DNA from: a virus
Taxonomy: Duplodnaviria > Caudoviricetes
Length of the DNA: 64,000 nt
Virus record (IMG/VR): IMGVR_UViG_3300020414_000008
Location: 64,001 to 128,000 of that record
Strand: one strand, 5' to 3'
In this document: piece after piece, positions 20,000 through 30,053 of the stretch
Numbering within the stretch: the first letter of the stretch is position 1
Layout: every line of letters begins with the position of its first letter
Notes under the pieces: generated by a model
What the model was told of the DNA's origin: nothing
Databases searched by the model: none
The model's input: only the letters and a program-made list of their open reading frames with translations
Position numbers and translations under genes: made by a program

Positions 20000-20940
20000 T
20001 AGCAACAGGTTGTTTAGTACAATGGTATGAGATTGATATGTTTGAGGAATATGTAGATTCTCTTAAACTATCAATTGGTAATCAAAAAGATAAAGTACTG
20101 ATTGATTTATGTTTAGTAACAAATCAGGAATTAGAAAAATCCACCAAGGATTTGTACGACATAAAAAAGGAATTCATAAGAGTCTGTGATAGTTTAGAAA
20201 GTAATGGGTATGAGTTGGACTATGATATAACTCAAGACTTATATACAATCGCAGATTACAGAAGAGATTTTAACGAAAAGTATTGTGAACTTGTAGATGT
20301 ATTGTTTTGGGGTGAATCTGATATGTTAGTACCATCACAGGCGATTGAAACTATTTTATCATTACATGAGGCAGTAAAAGAACAAACACCAAAATGGTTA
20401 GGGTTCTTCGCTACTTGTAAAATGTGGGACGATTCATGGAAACCATTAGAACATCCAAAACTCACTGATTTACCAAGAGACGCACACGCGTGGTATGGAA
20501 CGAGATGTTATATGGATTATGATAAAATGGAAGAGATAAACTCTGATACTGAATCACCACATATAGAATCAACTTACAACTATAAATTCAATGGTTGTGG
20601 GTTAGTAATGTCATCAGAACTTGTAAGAAGTGGAGTAAATATACCAAAATGTGTATTTTTTACCCATGAAGACACAGCATTGATGAATAAAATGTTAACT
20701 TTATTTGGAAATAACCAAATTCCTTTGTATATTGTAAAGAATATATTGTTAGTTCATAATAGAGAACACCCAAGAAAGAGAAAATATGTACAGGATGAAG
20801 TCGGGAGTGATATTAATGAACAAAGAAAATCAAATGATTGGTATAAAGTAGCGAGTGAAATGTCAAAGTTGAACGCGTATAACTTTATGAAACAAGGAAG
20901 AAACTTTAATTGGAAAGACGTATGGAAAGAAGTCCTGTAA
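19996..20940 (+). CDS. GT-A-like glycosyltransferase
   Basis: WGESDM (DxD-like), HEDTA, VHNREHP; inside the GT cluster. Confidence 0.6.
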   Translation: MIATGCLVQWYEIDMFEEYVDSLKLSIGNQKDKVLIDLCLVTNQELEKSTKDLYDIKKEFIRVCDSLESNGYELDYDITQDLYTIADYRRDFNEKYCELVDVLFWGESDMLVPSQAIETILSLHEAVKEQTPKWLGFFATCKMWDDSWKPLEHPKLTDLPRDAHAWYGTRCYMDYDKMEEINSDTESPHIESTYNYKFNGCGLVMSSELVRSGVNIPKCVFFTHEDTALMNKMLTLFGNNQIPLYIVKNILLVHNREHPRKRKYVQDEVGSDINEQRKSNDWYKVASEMSKLNAYNFMKQGRNFNWKDVWKEVL

Positions 20941-21821
20941 CAACTTGTATATCTACAAACAATAATCTTGATTATGTAAAACTTGCTTACGAATCCGTAA
21001 GAAAGAATGCATATTACAAGGACCAACCGATTGTGATTCACGCAGAGAATTGTACTGATGGTACAGATGAGTGGTTACTTAATCTAATGCAAGAGGATAA
21101 GAATCTAAAAGGTTTTATAGAACATAACGATACACCAAGAGGAATTGGTGGTGGTATGGACTTTTGTGTTGACAAATCAGAAACCGAGTATGTAAATATA
21201 ATCCACTCTGATATGTGGATATCACCAAATCAAGATTTAGAGTTACAAAAGATTGTAGAAGAGGGTGATGGGGTTGATAGAATTATTGCGTCATCATTTA
21301 GAATCCAACCTAAGATATTTCCAAATGACCCTGATTATAGGCCAGGAACTGTATTTGTATCAACTGATGAGTTTGGTGAATTCCATCATAACTTTGATAA
21401 GGAGTGGTTTGATGATTGGTCTCAGAAACTTTCATCAATGGATGAGACTCGTGTAAGAAAAGGTGGTGGTGCAGGATTCTTCTGTAAAAAAGAAGACTAT
21501 GTTTGGATTGGTGGTAACGACCCACTATTCGCACCCGCGTCATACGATGATATGGATTTGTTTATTAGAATGCAATTAGAAGGGTACAAGTTTATTATGT
21601 CATCTAAGTCAGTTGTATATCATTTTTCAGCAAGAGGTTCTCATTTTAGAGATGAAGCAAAAGATATATTGAATTCCAAATCAAAAAGACAACAAGAATC
21701 AGAATCAAACAACGCAAGAAAGTTTATTAATAAGTGGGGTAGATTACCTGAACACGATGACCAAACTTTTGTAAAACCAATAGAAGGAACAAGTAACCCA
21801 AATAGGATACCATTATTATGA
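20922..21821 (+). CDS. GT2 family glycosyltransferase
   Basis: CTDGT, HSDM, IGGND..F, DDMDL, VYHF. Confidence 0.85.
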   Translation: MERSPVTTCISTNNNLDYVKLAYESVRKNAYYKDQPIVIHAENCTDGTDEWLLNLMQEDKNLKGFIEHNDTPRGIGGGMDFCVDKSETEYVNIIHSDMWISPNQDLELQKIVEEGDGVDRIIASSFRIQPKIFPNDPDYRPGTVFVSTDEFGEFHHNFDKEWFDDWSQKLSSMDETRVRKGGGAGFFCKKEDYVWIGGNDPLFAPASYDDMDLFIRMQLEGYKFIMSSKSVVYHFSARGSHFRDEAKDILNSKSKRQQESESNNARKFINKWGRLPEHDDQTFVKPIEGTSNPNRIPLL

Positions 21822-22690
21822 GAATATTAGTTACAGGTGGAGCAGGATTTGTTGGTACAAATCTAATTAAAAGATTAGTTACAAACGGACATGACGTAGT
21901 ATCAGTCGATGACTATTCTACAGGAGATAAAGAAAATCATGTAGAAGGTTGTAAATATGTAGAAATGTCTGTTGTAGACTTTGACAGGTATCACGAACTT
22001 GAGTTTTCAGAGTTTGATTTAATTTATCATTTAGCAGGTTTGTCAAGAATCCAACCATCTTTTAAGAATCCAACACATACATTCAATGTAAACACAGGTG
22101 GTACTCAGAAGATTTTGGAGTTCGCAAGAAAGACAAATACAAAAGTAATTTACGCAGGTTCATCTTCAAAACATCATGACCCATATCAATCACCATATGC
22201 AACTTGTAAGTATCTTGGTGAAGAGATTTGTAAAATGTACAAAAGAACTTACAATATGGATATTGAGATTTGTAGATTCTATAATGTTTATGGACCACAT
22301 GAAGTTATCGAAGGTGATTGGGCAGCCGTGATTGGTATTTGGAGAAGACAAATTAGAGATAACCAACCGATTACAATTGTTGGTGATGGTGAACAAAGAA
22401 GAGACTTTACTCATGTACACGATATTGTTGACGCATTATTAGAACTACAAACTGTAAAAACTTCATTAGACATATTAGACGCGTGGGAATTAGGAACGGG
22501 TATGAATTACTCAATCAATCAGGTAGCAGATATGTTTGTAAAATATAGTGGATGTAAAAAAGAATACATTGATGACCAATATGGAAATTACAGAGAAACA
22601 CTCAGAGAGTCTGATGAAGCATTGAAATTATTAAAATGGTTTCCAAAAGATAGATTAGAAAGTTATATAAAAGGATTATATGAAGTTTGA
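21818..22690 (+). CDS. NAD-dependent sugar epimerase/dehydratase
   Basis: TGGAGFVG, YATCK, FYNVYGP, GDGEQRRDF. Confidence 0.9.
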   Translation: MRILVTGGAGFVGTNLIKRLVTNGHDVVSVDDYSTGDKENHVEGCKYVEMSVVDFDRYHELEFSEFDLIYHLAGLSRIQPSFKNPTHTFNVNTGGTQKILEFARKTNTKVIYAGSSSKHHDPYQSPYATCKYLGEEICKMYKRTYNMDIEICRFYNVYGPHEVIEGDWAAVIGIWRRQIRDNQPITIVGDGEQRRDFTHVHDIVDALLELQTVKTSLDILDAWELGTGMNYSINQVADMFVKYSGCKKEYIDDQYGNYRETLRESDEALKLLKWFPKDRLESYIKGLYEV

Positions 22691-23504
22691 AATTAGTGGT
22701 GAATTTGGTTACGAGTTGTTCGCAGGATTACCTTTAGTAAATTGGTATAAAGAACAGGGACATGATGTTGAAGTCATATCATCTAAAGGTTCCTCTATAT
22801 TATATCCAAATATAAAAGTAACTGAAAAATATAGTAATAGACATAGTTTTTTTCAATTAGACATTGATGGTGAATCTTACTACAGACCACATAATCATGT
22901 AGCAGGTGTTTTTTCAAAACCTGTTGTTGGTGATAAACTAATGTGGGAAGACAAATGGTCACCACCTGATTTGAAATCATATTATTTAGAACAATTCCAA
23001 ATAAAAACAGATAAACCATTTTTAGTCGTTTCAAATAAAATTCAAAATGAATGGGGACGTGGTCCTGTAAACTATCTTAGTGTCGATGTACTAAGACAGA
23101 TATTTGAATTATGTAAAGATAAATTTAATATTGTTTACAATAGACCAAATGTAAACGACATAGTAAATGATGATACACTACAAGAGAAATTCGGAGATAG
23201 AGAATTGGTAAGAGAGATGAGTATTCCGACCATGCAAAATTACGCAGAAGAATATGACTTAGATTACAACACCACACAAATGGCAGTAATGTCAAATTGT
23301 AATCACTTTATATCAACTCAAGGTGGTAACTCTGCCTTGAGTGCGTATTTTGGTGGAAGAGGTATTATTTATGGTGTCGAGGGTTACGAGGTAAAACATT
23401 ACGCATATAGAAGATTCTTCCCTAAACTATCAAGTCAGGCAATATGGCCTGTACAAACATACGATGATTTAATCAGTAAAGTAAAAAGTAGTATATTATG
23501 TTAA
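22680..23504 (+). CDS. Hypothetical glycan-pathway protein
   Basis: GEFGYEL, FISTQGG; inside the glycan cluster. Confidence 0.5.
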   Translation: MKFEISGEFGYELFAGLPLVNWYKEQGHDVEVISSKGSSILYPNIKVTEKYSNRHSFFQLDIDGESYYRPHNHVAGVFSKPVVGDKLMWEDKWSPPDLKSYYLEQFQIKTDKPFLVVSNKIQNEWGRGPVNYLSVDVLRQIFELCKDKFNIVYNRPNVNDIVNDDTLQEKFGDRELVREMSIPTMQNYAEEYDLDYNTTQMAVMSNCNHFISTQGGNSALSAYFGGRGIIYGVEGYEVKHYAYRRFFPKLSSQAIWPVQTYDDLISKVKSSILC

Positions 23505-24676
23505 GTAAAAAAGATATTAGTTTTATTCAACCATCAAGAGATAATTTAAAGTATCTTAAATGGTCATATGAATCAATTAGAAAAAATGGTGGTCCTGAAC
23601 CACATATTTGTGTAGCAGATGATTTCAGTTCTGATGGAACTTGGGAATGGTGTCAAGAAAGAATGAAAGAAGACCCAAACTTCAAAGCAATTAGAAACGA
23701 AGGACCAACAAGATTAGGACATACAATCTTATATGATAGATTGATTAATGAAGTAGCAACTACAAAAGTGGTTGGAATCTATCACGCAGATATGTATCTT
23801 TGTCCAGGCGCATTAGAATCATTGATAAAGAATCTAAAACCAAAAACAGTAGTATCTTGGACTCGTATCGAACCACCATTACATCCTGATGGTCCTGAAA
23901 AGATTCTTTGGGATGGTAAAACTGAACCCGAGGATTTCTTAGAAGAAGAACTTCTTGTAGAGATTCCTAAGTTTGCAAACAAAGATAAAATTACAAAAGG
24001 TATATTCGCACCTTGGTTTTTATATAAAGAAGACTTTACATCAATCGGTGGACACGACCCTTTGTATGCACCACAATCAAAAGAGGACTCTGATATATTT
24101 AACAGATTTTTACTAAATGGATATGATTTGATTCAAGTTTGGGACGGGTTTGTATATCACATGACTTGTAGAGGGTCAAGATTCAATCCAACATTAACTG
24201 AAGTAGGTAAAGAATCAGATGAATGGTTAAAACAAAATCAGAGGTCAACAAGGAATTTTATCAGAAAATGGGGTCATTTTGTAAAACATGATGAATTTAT
24301 GTTACCTCAAATTCCACATAAATACGATATTCAGTTTAATGTAGAGAACTGTAATTCACAAATGTTAAATATTTTAGAACCTTGGTGTGATAGAATTGTT
24401 ACAGATTTACCAAAAGATATCATTGAGAGTTATATAAAATTGGAACAACCAAATACTCAGTTTGATTTAACTAAAAGAATAAATGTAGATATTGATTCAG
24501 ATATTGAGATAAGTTTTGACGCAAATAGACTTTCAAATCAATCATTTACATACATCCAAAAGTGGGCAGAAATCTTTGATTCTAACGAAATTGAAATCGG
24601 AGAGTTTGAATTAGACATATTTAATATAAAGGTTAATAAAATAAAATACTACGAAAGTGAGTTGATAAATCTATGA
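23498..24676 (+). CDS. GT2 family glycosyltransferase
   Basis: DDFSSDGT, HADM, IGGHD, EDSD, VYH; paralogous to 20922. Confidence 0.85.
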   Translation: MLSKKDISFIQPSRDNLKYLKWSYESIRKNGGPEPHICVADDFSSDGTWEWCQERMKEDPNFKAIRNEGPTRLGHTILYDRLINEVATTKVVGIYHADMYLCPGALESLIKNLKPKTVVSWTRIEPPLHPDGPEKILWDGKTEPEDFLEEELLVEIPKFANKDKITKGIFAPWFLYKEDFTSIGGHDPLYAPQSKEDSDIFNRFLLNGYDLIQVWDGFVYHMTCRGSRFNPTLTEVGKESDEWLKQNQRSTRNFIRKWGHFVKHDEFMLPQIPHKYDIQFNVENCNSQMLNILEPWCDRIVTDLPKDIIESYIKLEQPNTQFDLTKRINVDIDSDIEISFDANRLSNQSFTYIQKWAEIFDSNEIEIGEFELDIFNIKVNKIKYYESELINL

Positions 24677-24918
24677 GATACTTCATACTACTGCCAGAGG
24701 ATTCAGAAGAAGATGTTGACTATTCAACAAACATCTTAGGTGAGATTTCATTCAAAAACTTTTGGACTGAAGAGGGATTTGAAATCCTTATTAGATTGGT
24801 AGAAAAGTATCCTGACACTTTAGAACAAGTGACAATAAAAGACGAACAAAACAAAAATTATTCTGTAGAACAATTCTTAGATAAAATCAAAAATTTAAAG
24901 GTAATTAAAAATGGGTAA
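24673..24918 (+). CDS. Hypothetical acidic protein
   Basis: ORF coupled by ATGA overlap. Confidence 0.6.
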   Translation: MRYFILLPEDSEEDVDYSTNILGEISFKNFWTEEGFEILIRLVEKYPDTLEQVTIKDEQNKNYSVEQFLDKIKNLKVIKNG

Positions 24919-25111
24919 GATTGATATTCGAAGTATTGACTTCGATGATGACGAATATTATGAAAACGAACACTATGAAAACATTAAAAGAAAACGTAGG
25001 AAAAAAAATAATAATGACAAAGACTTTCTCGAATTTCAGGGGGAGTCTCGTAGAGGGAGAGAAAGTGACTCTTATATCACTCAACGAACAAAAGGGCGAA
25101 GTAGACGTTAA
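24911..25111 (+). CDS. Small acidic/basic protein
   Basis: Start overlaps the upstream stop; overlaps a second ORF in another frame. Confidence 0.45.
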   Translation: MGKIDIRSIDFDDDEYYENEHYENIKRKRRKKNNNDKDFLEFQGESRRGRESDSYITQRTKGRSRR

Positions 25112-25166
25112 TGACCCTTTTGGTACTAAATGGACCATTCCTTTAGAATTTGTCCATATTTATTAG
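24960..25166 (+). CDS. Small SH3-like beta protein
   Basis: GEKVTLISL...VDVNDPFGTKWTIPLEFV. Confidence 0.45.
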   Translation: MKTNTMKTLKENVGKKIIMTKTFSNFRGSLVEGEKVTLISLNEQKGEVDVNDPFGTKWTIPLEFVHIY

Positions 25167-25178
25167 TAAGGAGATTTT

Positions 25179-25499
25179 ATGCCGTCAACAAGTAAACAAC
25201 AACAAAAGTACATGGGTCTTGTATACGCCTTGAAAAAAGGTGATGTAAAACCATCAGATGTTTCTAAAGATGTTAGAGATACGGCGAAAAGAATGTCCAA
25301 AGCAGATATTAAAAAATACGCTTCAACTAAACATAAAGGACTTCCAAGTAAAAAAGAATCCTTGTATAAACAGTTAGAAGAACTCATCAAAAAGATTGAT
25401 GAGACTTGGTCAGATAAGTATAAAAAATCAATCGACTGTAACAATCCAAAAGGGTTTTCTCAGAAAGCACATTGTGCAGGTCGTAAAAAAAGGAAATAG
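25179..25499 (+). CDS. DUF3008-like basic protein with C-terminal WSxKYKKSIDCNNPKGFSQKAHC module
   Basis: S.QQQK.MG...A..MS...KYAST.HKGLP; AGGAG RBS. Confidence 0.7.
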   Translation: MPSTSKQQQKYMGLVYALKKGDVKPSDVSKDVRDTAKRMSKADIKKYASTKHKGLPSKKESLYKQLEELIKKIDETWSDKYKKSIDCNNPKGFSQKAHCAGRKKRK

Positions 25500-25500
25500 A

Positions 25501-26382
25501 ATGTTACTAAAAATAGGTTCAAGAGGTAATGAAGTTAAAGAATTACAAGAATTCCTCGGTATTGGAGCAGATGGAATCTTTGGTAAAGGAACTGCAGCAG
25601 CAGTTAAAGAGTTCCAAAAAGTCAACGGTTTGGGTGCTGATGGTATTGTGGGTCCTGCCACTTGGGATTGTATGGGTCTTGCTACTACTGATAATTCAGA
25701 GAAGACGTACACAACGGAAAATGGATTAGTAATACACAGACACTTTTTACCTGAAGGTGAATACAAAAGTGGAATTACAAAAAAAGAATATTGTTTCATA
25801 CATCATACAGCAGGATGGCAGAATCCTTACAACTGTATAGATAATTGGGGACGAGATAGTAGAGGTGCAGTTTGTACAGAGTTTGTATTAGGTGGACCAT
25901 CTATTAAAGGTAATAATGATACACATGATGGTGAGATGGTTCAGGCGTTTCCTGACGGTCACTACGGATGGCACTTAGGTAAGAATGGGTCACAACATAT
26001 GCATACTCATTCTGTAGGTGTTGAAGTTTGTAACTTTGGTTGGATTAAGAATGGTAAGACATATGCGGGTACAACAGCAGCAGAAGACCAACTTGTAAAG
26101 TTAGACAAACCATTTAGAGGATTTGATGTGTGGCATAGATACTCAGATAAACAAATTGAGTCTTTAAGACTTTGGATTCTGTACATCGCAGAGAGAGATG
26201 GAATTGATGTAAGAAAAGGTTTACCTGAGTTAATAAAAGAAAAAGGTGCAGACGCATTTGAATTTAATGAAGACGCATACTATGGACGAGTAAAAGGACT
26301 ATGGACACATACCAATACTCGTAAAGATAAGTTCGATATGTTCCCGCAAGAGGAATTATTGGATATGTTAATTAGTTTGTAG
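25501..26382 (+). CDS. Endolysin-like: peptidoglycan-binding domain plus N-acetylmuramoyl-L-alanine amidase
   Basis: ADGIFG/ADGIVGPATW PG_binding_1 repeats; IHHTAG, WHLG, GVEVCN, TH..TRKDKFD. Confidence 0.88.
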   Translation: MLLKIGSRGNEVKELQEFLGIGADGIFGKGTAAAVKEFQKVNGLGADGIVGPATWDCMGLATTDNSEKTYTTENGLVIHRHFLPEGEYKSGITKKEYCFIHHTAGWQNPYNCIDNWGRDSRGAVCTEFVLGGPSIKGNNDTHDGEMVQAFPDGHYGWHLGKNGSQHMHTHSVGVEVCNFGWIKNGKTYAGTTAAEDQLVKLDKPFRGFDVWHRYSDKQIESLRLWILYIAERDGIDVRKGLPELIKEKGADAFEFNEDAYYGRVKGLWTHTNTRKDKFDMFPQEELLDMLISL

Positions 26383-26431
26383 ATTTACAGACTATTTATA
26401 TTAGTAACAAGTTTTAGAAAAAGGTTATACT

Positions 26432-26680
26432 ATGATAAACTATATTAGGAGAAAATGGATGGCATTTAAAGACATTTTTAAAGATGACAATGATATCAAC
26501 GAAAAAAACGTAATTGGATTCATGTCGTTCGCAGTGATGACGTTATTCGCATTCTTTGACCTTGCAACAGGTTACTTTGGAAAAGACTTAGTAATCAATG
26601 AGTTCATATACAATTCTTTTGTATTTGTAACATTAGGTTGTTTTGGTATCGCCGGGTTAGAGAAGTTCGCAAAAAAGTAG
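26432..26680 (+). CDS. Small two-TM membrane protein (holin candidate)
   Basis: Two hydrophobic segments; directly after the amidase. Confidence 0.55.
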   Translation: MINYIRRKWMAFKDIFKDDNDINEKNVIGFMSFAVMTLFAFFDLATGYFGKDLVINEFIYNSFVFVTLGCFGIAGLEKFAKK

Positions 26681-26697
26681 AGAAGGATTAAGACCAA

Positions 26698-27945
26698 ATG
26701 AAAAATTTATTATCAATTTTGATGATTATCTTGATGATTGTACCAATGGGTGTCAATGCACAAGACGAAAAGAAAAAAGACAATGTATTTAAACAATTCT
26801 ATGATAACTTCTTCAAATACGCAACAGTATATGGAGCAGGTGATTATAGAGCACCTTACGAAAGTTCGGATAAAAAATACCTAATTAGAACTCCCGATGG
26901 AGCAGGTATTTATGATGTACCTGAAGTAGTAGACGTTACGGAATACTTCCCATCAGATTACAGAATCGGATTTGGTATTCGTAAATTAGGTCGTTTTGGA
27001 TACGAAAGAAAGCCAGGTAACTTTTGGACAGGTGACCAAAACTTAGAAAGACAAAACGCACTAATCGCACCAACTTCAGCAGTTCAAGGTTGGGAATACT
27101 TATTCCACTTTGAGAAGGAACGAAGAAGAGGTGAAGAGTGGGAAAACCTAAGATACTTCCTTAGACATACAGGTAAATACCATATTGTAAAACTTGAACA
27201 AAGATATCAAGGTGCATTTGACTTTAACTATAGTGCAGCAGAAGTAAGAGGAAGATTACCAATCGGTAAAAAGTTCTCTATATCAGCGGGAGCAGCATTT
27301 AGAACTCACGAAAGAGTTTATGGTGTTAATCCATATGAAATTTGGGTTAGTGCTTTAAATGATGATGGTACACAACAAAATTATTGGTATGAATTAGCAT
27401 ACGAGTATGGATATCAAGACGCATATTATACTACAACTATTGATAATCCAATTACAGGTGAAACACAAAACATAGGTGGTTATTTTTGGTGGGACCCTGA
27501 AGGAAGAAGAGTCGCTTCTTCGGATTTACAATTTAGAGACGGACCTTACAAACAACTAATTTCAAGATATAATCAAGAAATATTAGGTAACACTGCAGAA
27601 TTTGGATTGTTATCGCCAGTTGTCGGTTTCGATTTCTACCACTACAAGTCAAACTTTTGGTTACACCTATACGGTTCAGCATTTTTACCATATCACAAGT
27701 ATGTAATGGGTGATACAGATGAACAAGGAAGAGTTCCTCTATCTTACCTATACAGAAACGATTGGGACCAATATGGATTAGCAGACGCAGCAAAAGGTGA
27801 GCAGTGGTGGGATTATCAAGCAGGTGCAAACTTTGGATGGAAAATCGGAAAATCAATCGGGTTATTCGCAGAAGGTGAATATACTCAAATGTGGGATTCT
27901 AAATTTTTCATTACAACATTTGGTATAAACTATACATTCAGATAA
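26698..27945 (+). CDS. Secreted outer-membrane beta-barrel-like protein
   Basis: Signal peptide (..GVNA|QD), alternating aromatic strands, C-terminal FGINYTFR beta-signal-like end. Confidence 0.65.
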   Translation: MKNLLSILMIILMIVPMGVNAQDEKKKDNVFKQFYDNFFKYATVYGAGDYRAPYESSDKKYLIRTPDGAGIYDVPEVVDVTEYFPSDYRIGFGIRKLGRFGYERKPGNFWTGDQNLERQNALIAPTSAVQGWEYLFHFEKERRRGEEWENLRYFLRHTGKYHIVKLEQRYQGAFDFNYSAAEVRGRLPIGKKFSISAGAAFRTHERVYGVNPYEIWVSALNDDGTQQNYWYELAYEYGYQDAYYTTTIDNPITGETQNIGGYFWWDPEGRRVASSDLQFRDGPYKQLISRYNQEILGNTAEFGLLSPVVGFDFYHYKSNFWLHLYGSAFLPYHKYVMGDTDEQGRVPLSYLYRNDWDQYGLADAAKGEQWWDYQAGANFGWKIGKSIGLFAEGEYTQMWDSKFFITTFGINYTFR

Positions 27946-27964
27946 GATATAAGAGAGATTTGTT

Positions 27965-28252
27965 ATGGCAAAGCAGGTATCAGAAGAAACTAAAATTACC
28001 CTCGATTTAAAAACAATCGGGGTAATTCTGTTTTTTGTAGCAACGGTTGTCGGAATGTGGTTTACTCTTCAAGGTGACATCCAAGAAGCGAAAGAACTAC
28101 CCGCGCCTGTGATTGATAGGACTGAGTATGATTTAAAGGACGAATTAATTCGCCAGACAATTTTAGATACTCAAGACGATGTAGACGATATCAAGGATAA
28201 ACTTGATAAAATTGATGAACGACTCTACGAATTACAACAAAGTCGTAGATAA
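27965..28252 (+). CDS. Single-TM coiled-coil protein
   Basis: N-terminal TM then heptad repeats; paralog of 30054. Confidence 0.65.
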   Translation: MAKQVSEETKITLDLKTIGVILFFVATVVGMWFTLQGDIQEAKELPAPVIDRTEYDLKDELIRQTILDTQDDVDDIKDKLDKIDERLYELQQSRR

Positions 28253-28265
28253 AACAGGTTTCAGT

Positions 28266-28670
28266 ATGAAAAAATTGTTATTTTTAGTGATGTTACTTAT
28301 TAGTGGTAACTCATTTGGACAAGATTGGATAACAGATTCCAACATGGAAGATAAGATTCACGAAAAGTCCGCATTTGGTGACGATGAGATGTCAATCGTT
28401 GTAGTTGAGTTTTGGGCAAAGTTTAATGAACAGAACGCATTCCAAGATTGGGATAAAGTTGAAGGAATAACTCACTACTACAGAATTGATATTGCAAATG
28501 CACCAAACATGAAAAAAGAATATAGAATACGAATGGCACCGACCATTATAGTATTCAAAGACGGTATAAAAGAAGAAGTGTATAAAGCAGGATTAGATTT
28601 AGAATGTCCTGTTGACTTACAAGAGTTACAAGAACACATCGATGAACTCAAGTCCGCTTCACAGTTTTAG
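28266..28670 (+). CDS. Secreted thioredoxin-fold protein lacking CxxC
   Basis: Signal peptide; VVVEFWAKFN in place of WxxWCxxC; PTIIVFKDG. Confidence 0.7.
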   Translation: MKKLLFLVMLLISGNSFGQDWITDSNMEDKIHEKSAFGDDEMSIVVVEFWAKFNEQNAFQDWDKVEGITHYYRIDIANAPNMKKEYRIRMAPTIIVFKDGIKEEVYKAGLDLECPVDLQELQEHIDELKSASQF

Positions 28671-28687
28671 AAAGGTTGTATTAACAG

Positions 28688-28831
28688 ATGGCAAAGAGAC
28701 AAGGATTAGGGTCTTCAACTTATTACGATAAACCAAGAAAGAAGCGCCCTGGAATTCACTCTAAGACAAAAACGTCAAGGAGTAAACATAGTAAACACTA
28801 TAAAAAACCATATAGAGGCCAAGGGAGATGA
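28688..28831 (+). CDS. 47-aa highly basic peptide (ends KKPYRGQGR), absent from the ORF track
   Basis: MAKRQGLGSSTYYDKPRKKRPGIHSKTKTSRSKHSKHYKKPYRGQGR; ATGA overlap with the next gene. Confidence 0.65.
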   Translation: MAKRQGLGSSTYYDKPRKKRPGIHSKTKTSRSKHSKHYKKPYRGQGR

Positions 28832-29475
28832 AATTAAGTGATATACTCAGTTTAAAATCCATGAGATTCATGGACGAACCAAGAGAGAAGGATATAAAAG
28901 TCATTAGACAAAAACCAAACCTTCTTCAAGGATTCCCTATTGAGTATTTCAAAGGTAACCCACCACCTCAGAATGATTCATCAAAAGTAAAGATAGAATT
29001 AAGGAAGTTAAGTGACCTTCCTCACGATATAGATTTTGTAAAAGAGATGGATGACATCTCTAAAGTATTTAAAAACTACTGCGATATACAAGGATTAGAT
29101 TTTCCCGAATCCTTGGTAGACCAACTATTAGAAGACAGTAGAATATTCACAAGAACACTAAAGATTCACTATAATAGACCAAGACCATATCAGGTTGCTG
29201 ACCATCCGTTAGTAAACATAGATATTGGAAAAGAGGCGTACATGGAGTCAATGAACACTCCATCGTATCCAAGTGGTCATTCCTGTCAGGGAATACTTAT
29301 AGCGAAAGTAATGTCAGATATGTACCCTGACCACGAGTATAATTTTATGAGTTTGGGTAGAGATATTTCAAGAAGTAGAAATATAGGAAGAGCACATTAC
29401 GAAACCGATTCAAAGTTCGGTATGAAGTTAGGATATTCAATGTATGATTATCTAAAGAAAATGAAAAGGTTATGA
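28828..29475 (+). CDS. PAP2 / acid phosphatase-haloperoxidase superfamily protein
   Basis: K..YNRPRP, PSYPSGH, SR..GRAHY.TD. Confidence 0.88.
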   Translation: MKLSDILSLKSMRFMDEPREKDIKVIRQKPNLLQGFPIEYFKGNPPPQNDSSKVKIELRKLSDLPHDIDFVKEMDDISKVFKNYCDIQGLDFPESLVDQLLEDSRIFTRTLKIHYNRPRPYQVADHPLVNIDIGKEAYMESMNTPSYPSGHSCQGILIAKVMSDMYPDHEYNFMSLGRDISRSRNIGRAHYETDSKFGMKLGYSMYDYLKKMKRL

Positions 29476-29500
29476 TATTTATATCGTAGGAGAAATTAGT

Positions 29501-30043
29501 ATGAAAAAATTATTAGTATTTTTAAGTGTTTTGTCATTTTTATTTATTTCCTGTGAAAAGGAAGAGATATTAGAACCTGTATTAGAGATTTCACTTGACG
29601 GTGAGTCTTTTGACCCAAATGAAAGATACGCACAAATCAAATCATTTGGTGGTGTAAAATACGATGGTGATATTATCAAAAAGATATTTATCCTTTATCT
29701 ACAAGTAGATGATGGAGAACCAAGATTGGACAGACAACACTTTGCATTATACGTCTTAGATTCAGACGGTGACGATAATGGAGCGTTGTTAGACATTGGA
29801 ACCTATACTTGGGAAAACCCTGATAACAAATATGCAGGAGTTGAGATTCCAGGCGACCAAGAATATGTTGTTTGGAATAATGTTCAAGTCATGGATGTAC
29901 ATGACGGACTAATTTGTTTAGACGCCGAAGGTGAATTTTACAATCCATATATTCAAAGAAATATGACTGTGGATTTAAGATTAGAAAACTATCCAATTGG
30001 ATTGGATATAAACGCAACACCTTATGGTTACTTATTAGATTAA
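29501..30043 (+). CDS. Lipoprotein, unknown function
   Basis: MKK plus hydrophobic stretch plus FISC lipobox. Confidence 0.7.
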   Translation: MKKLLVFLSVLSFLFISCEKEEILEPVLEISLDGESFDPNERYAQIKSFGGVKYDGDIIKKIFILYLQVDDGEPRLDRQHFALYVLDSDGDDNGALLDIGTYTWENPDNKYAGVEIPGDQEYVVWNNVQVMDVHDGLICLDAEGEFYNPYIQRNMTVDLRLENYPIGLDINATPYGYLLD

Positions 30044-30053
30044 GGAGTAACAG

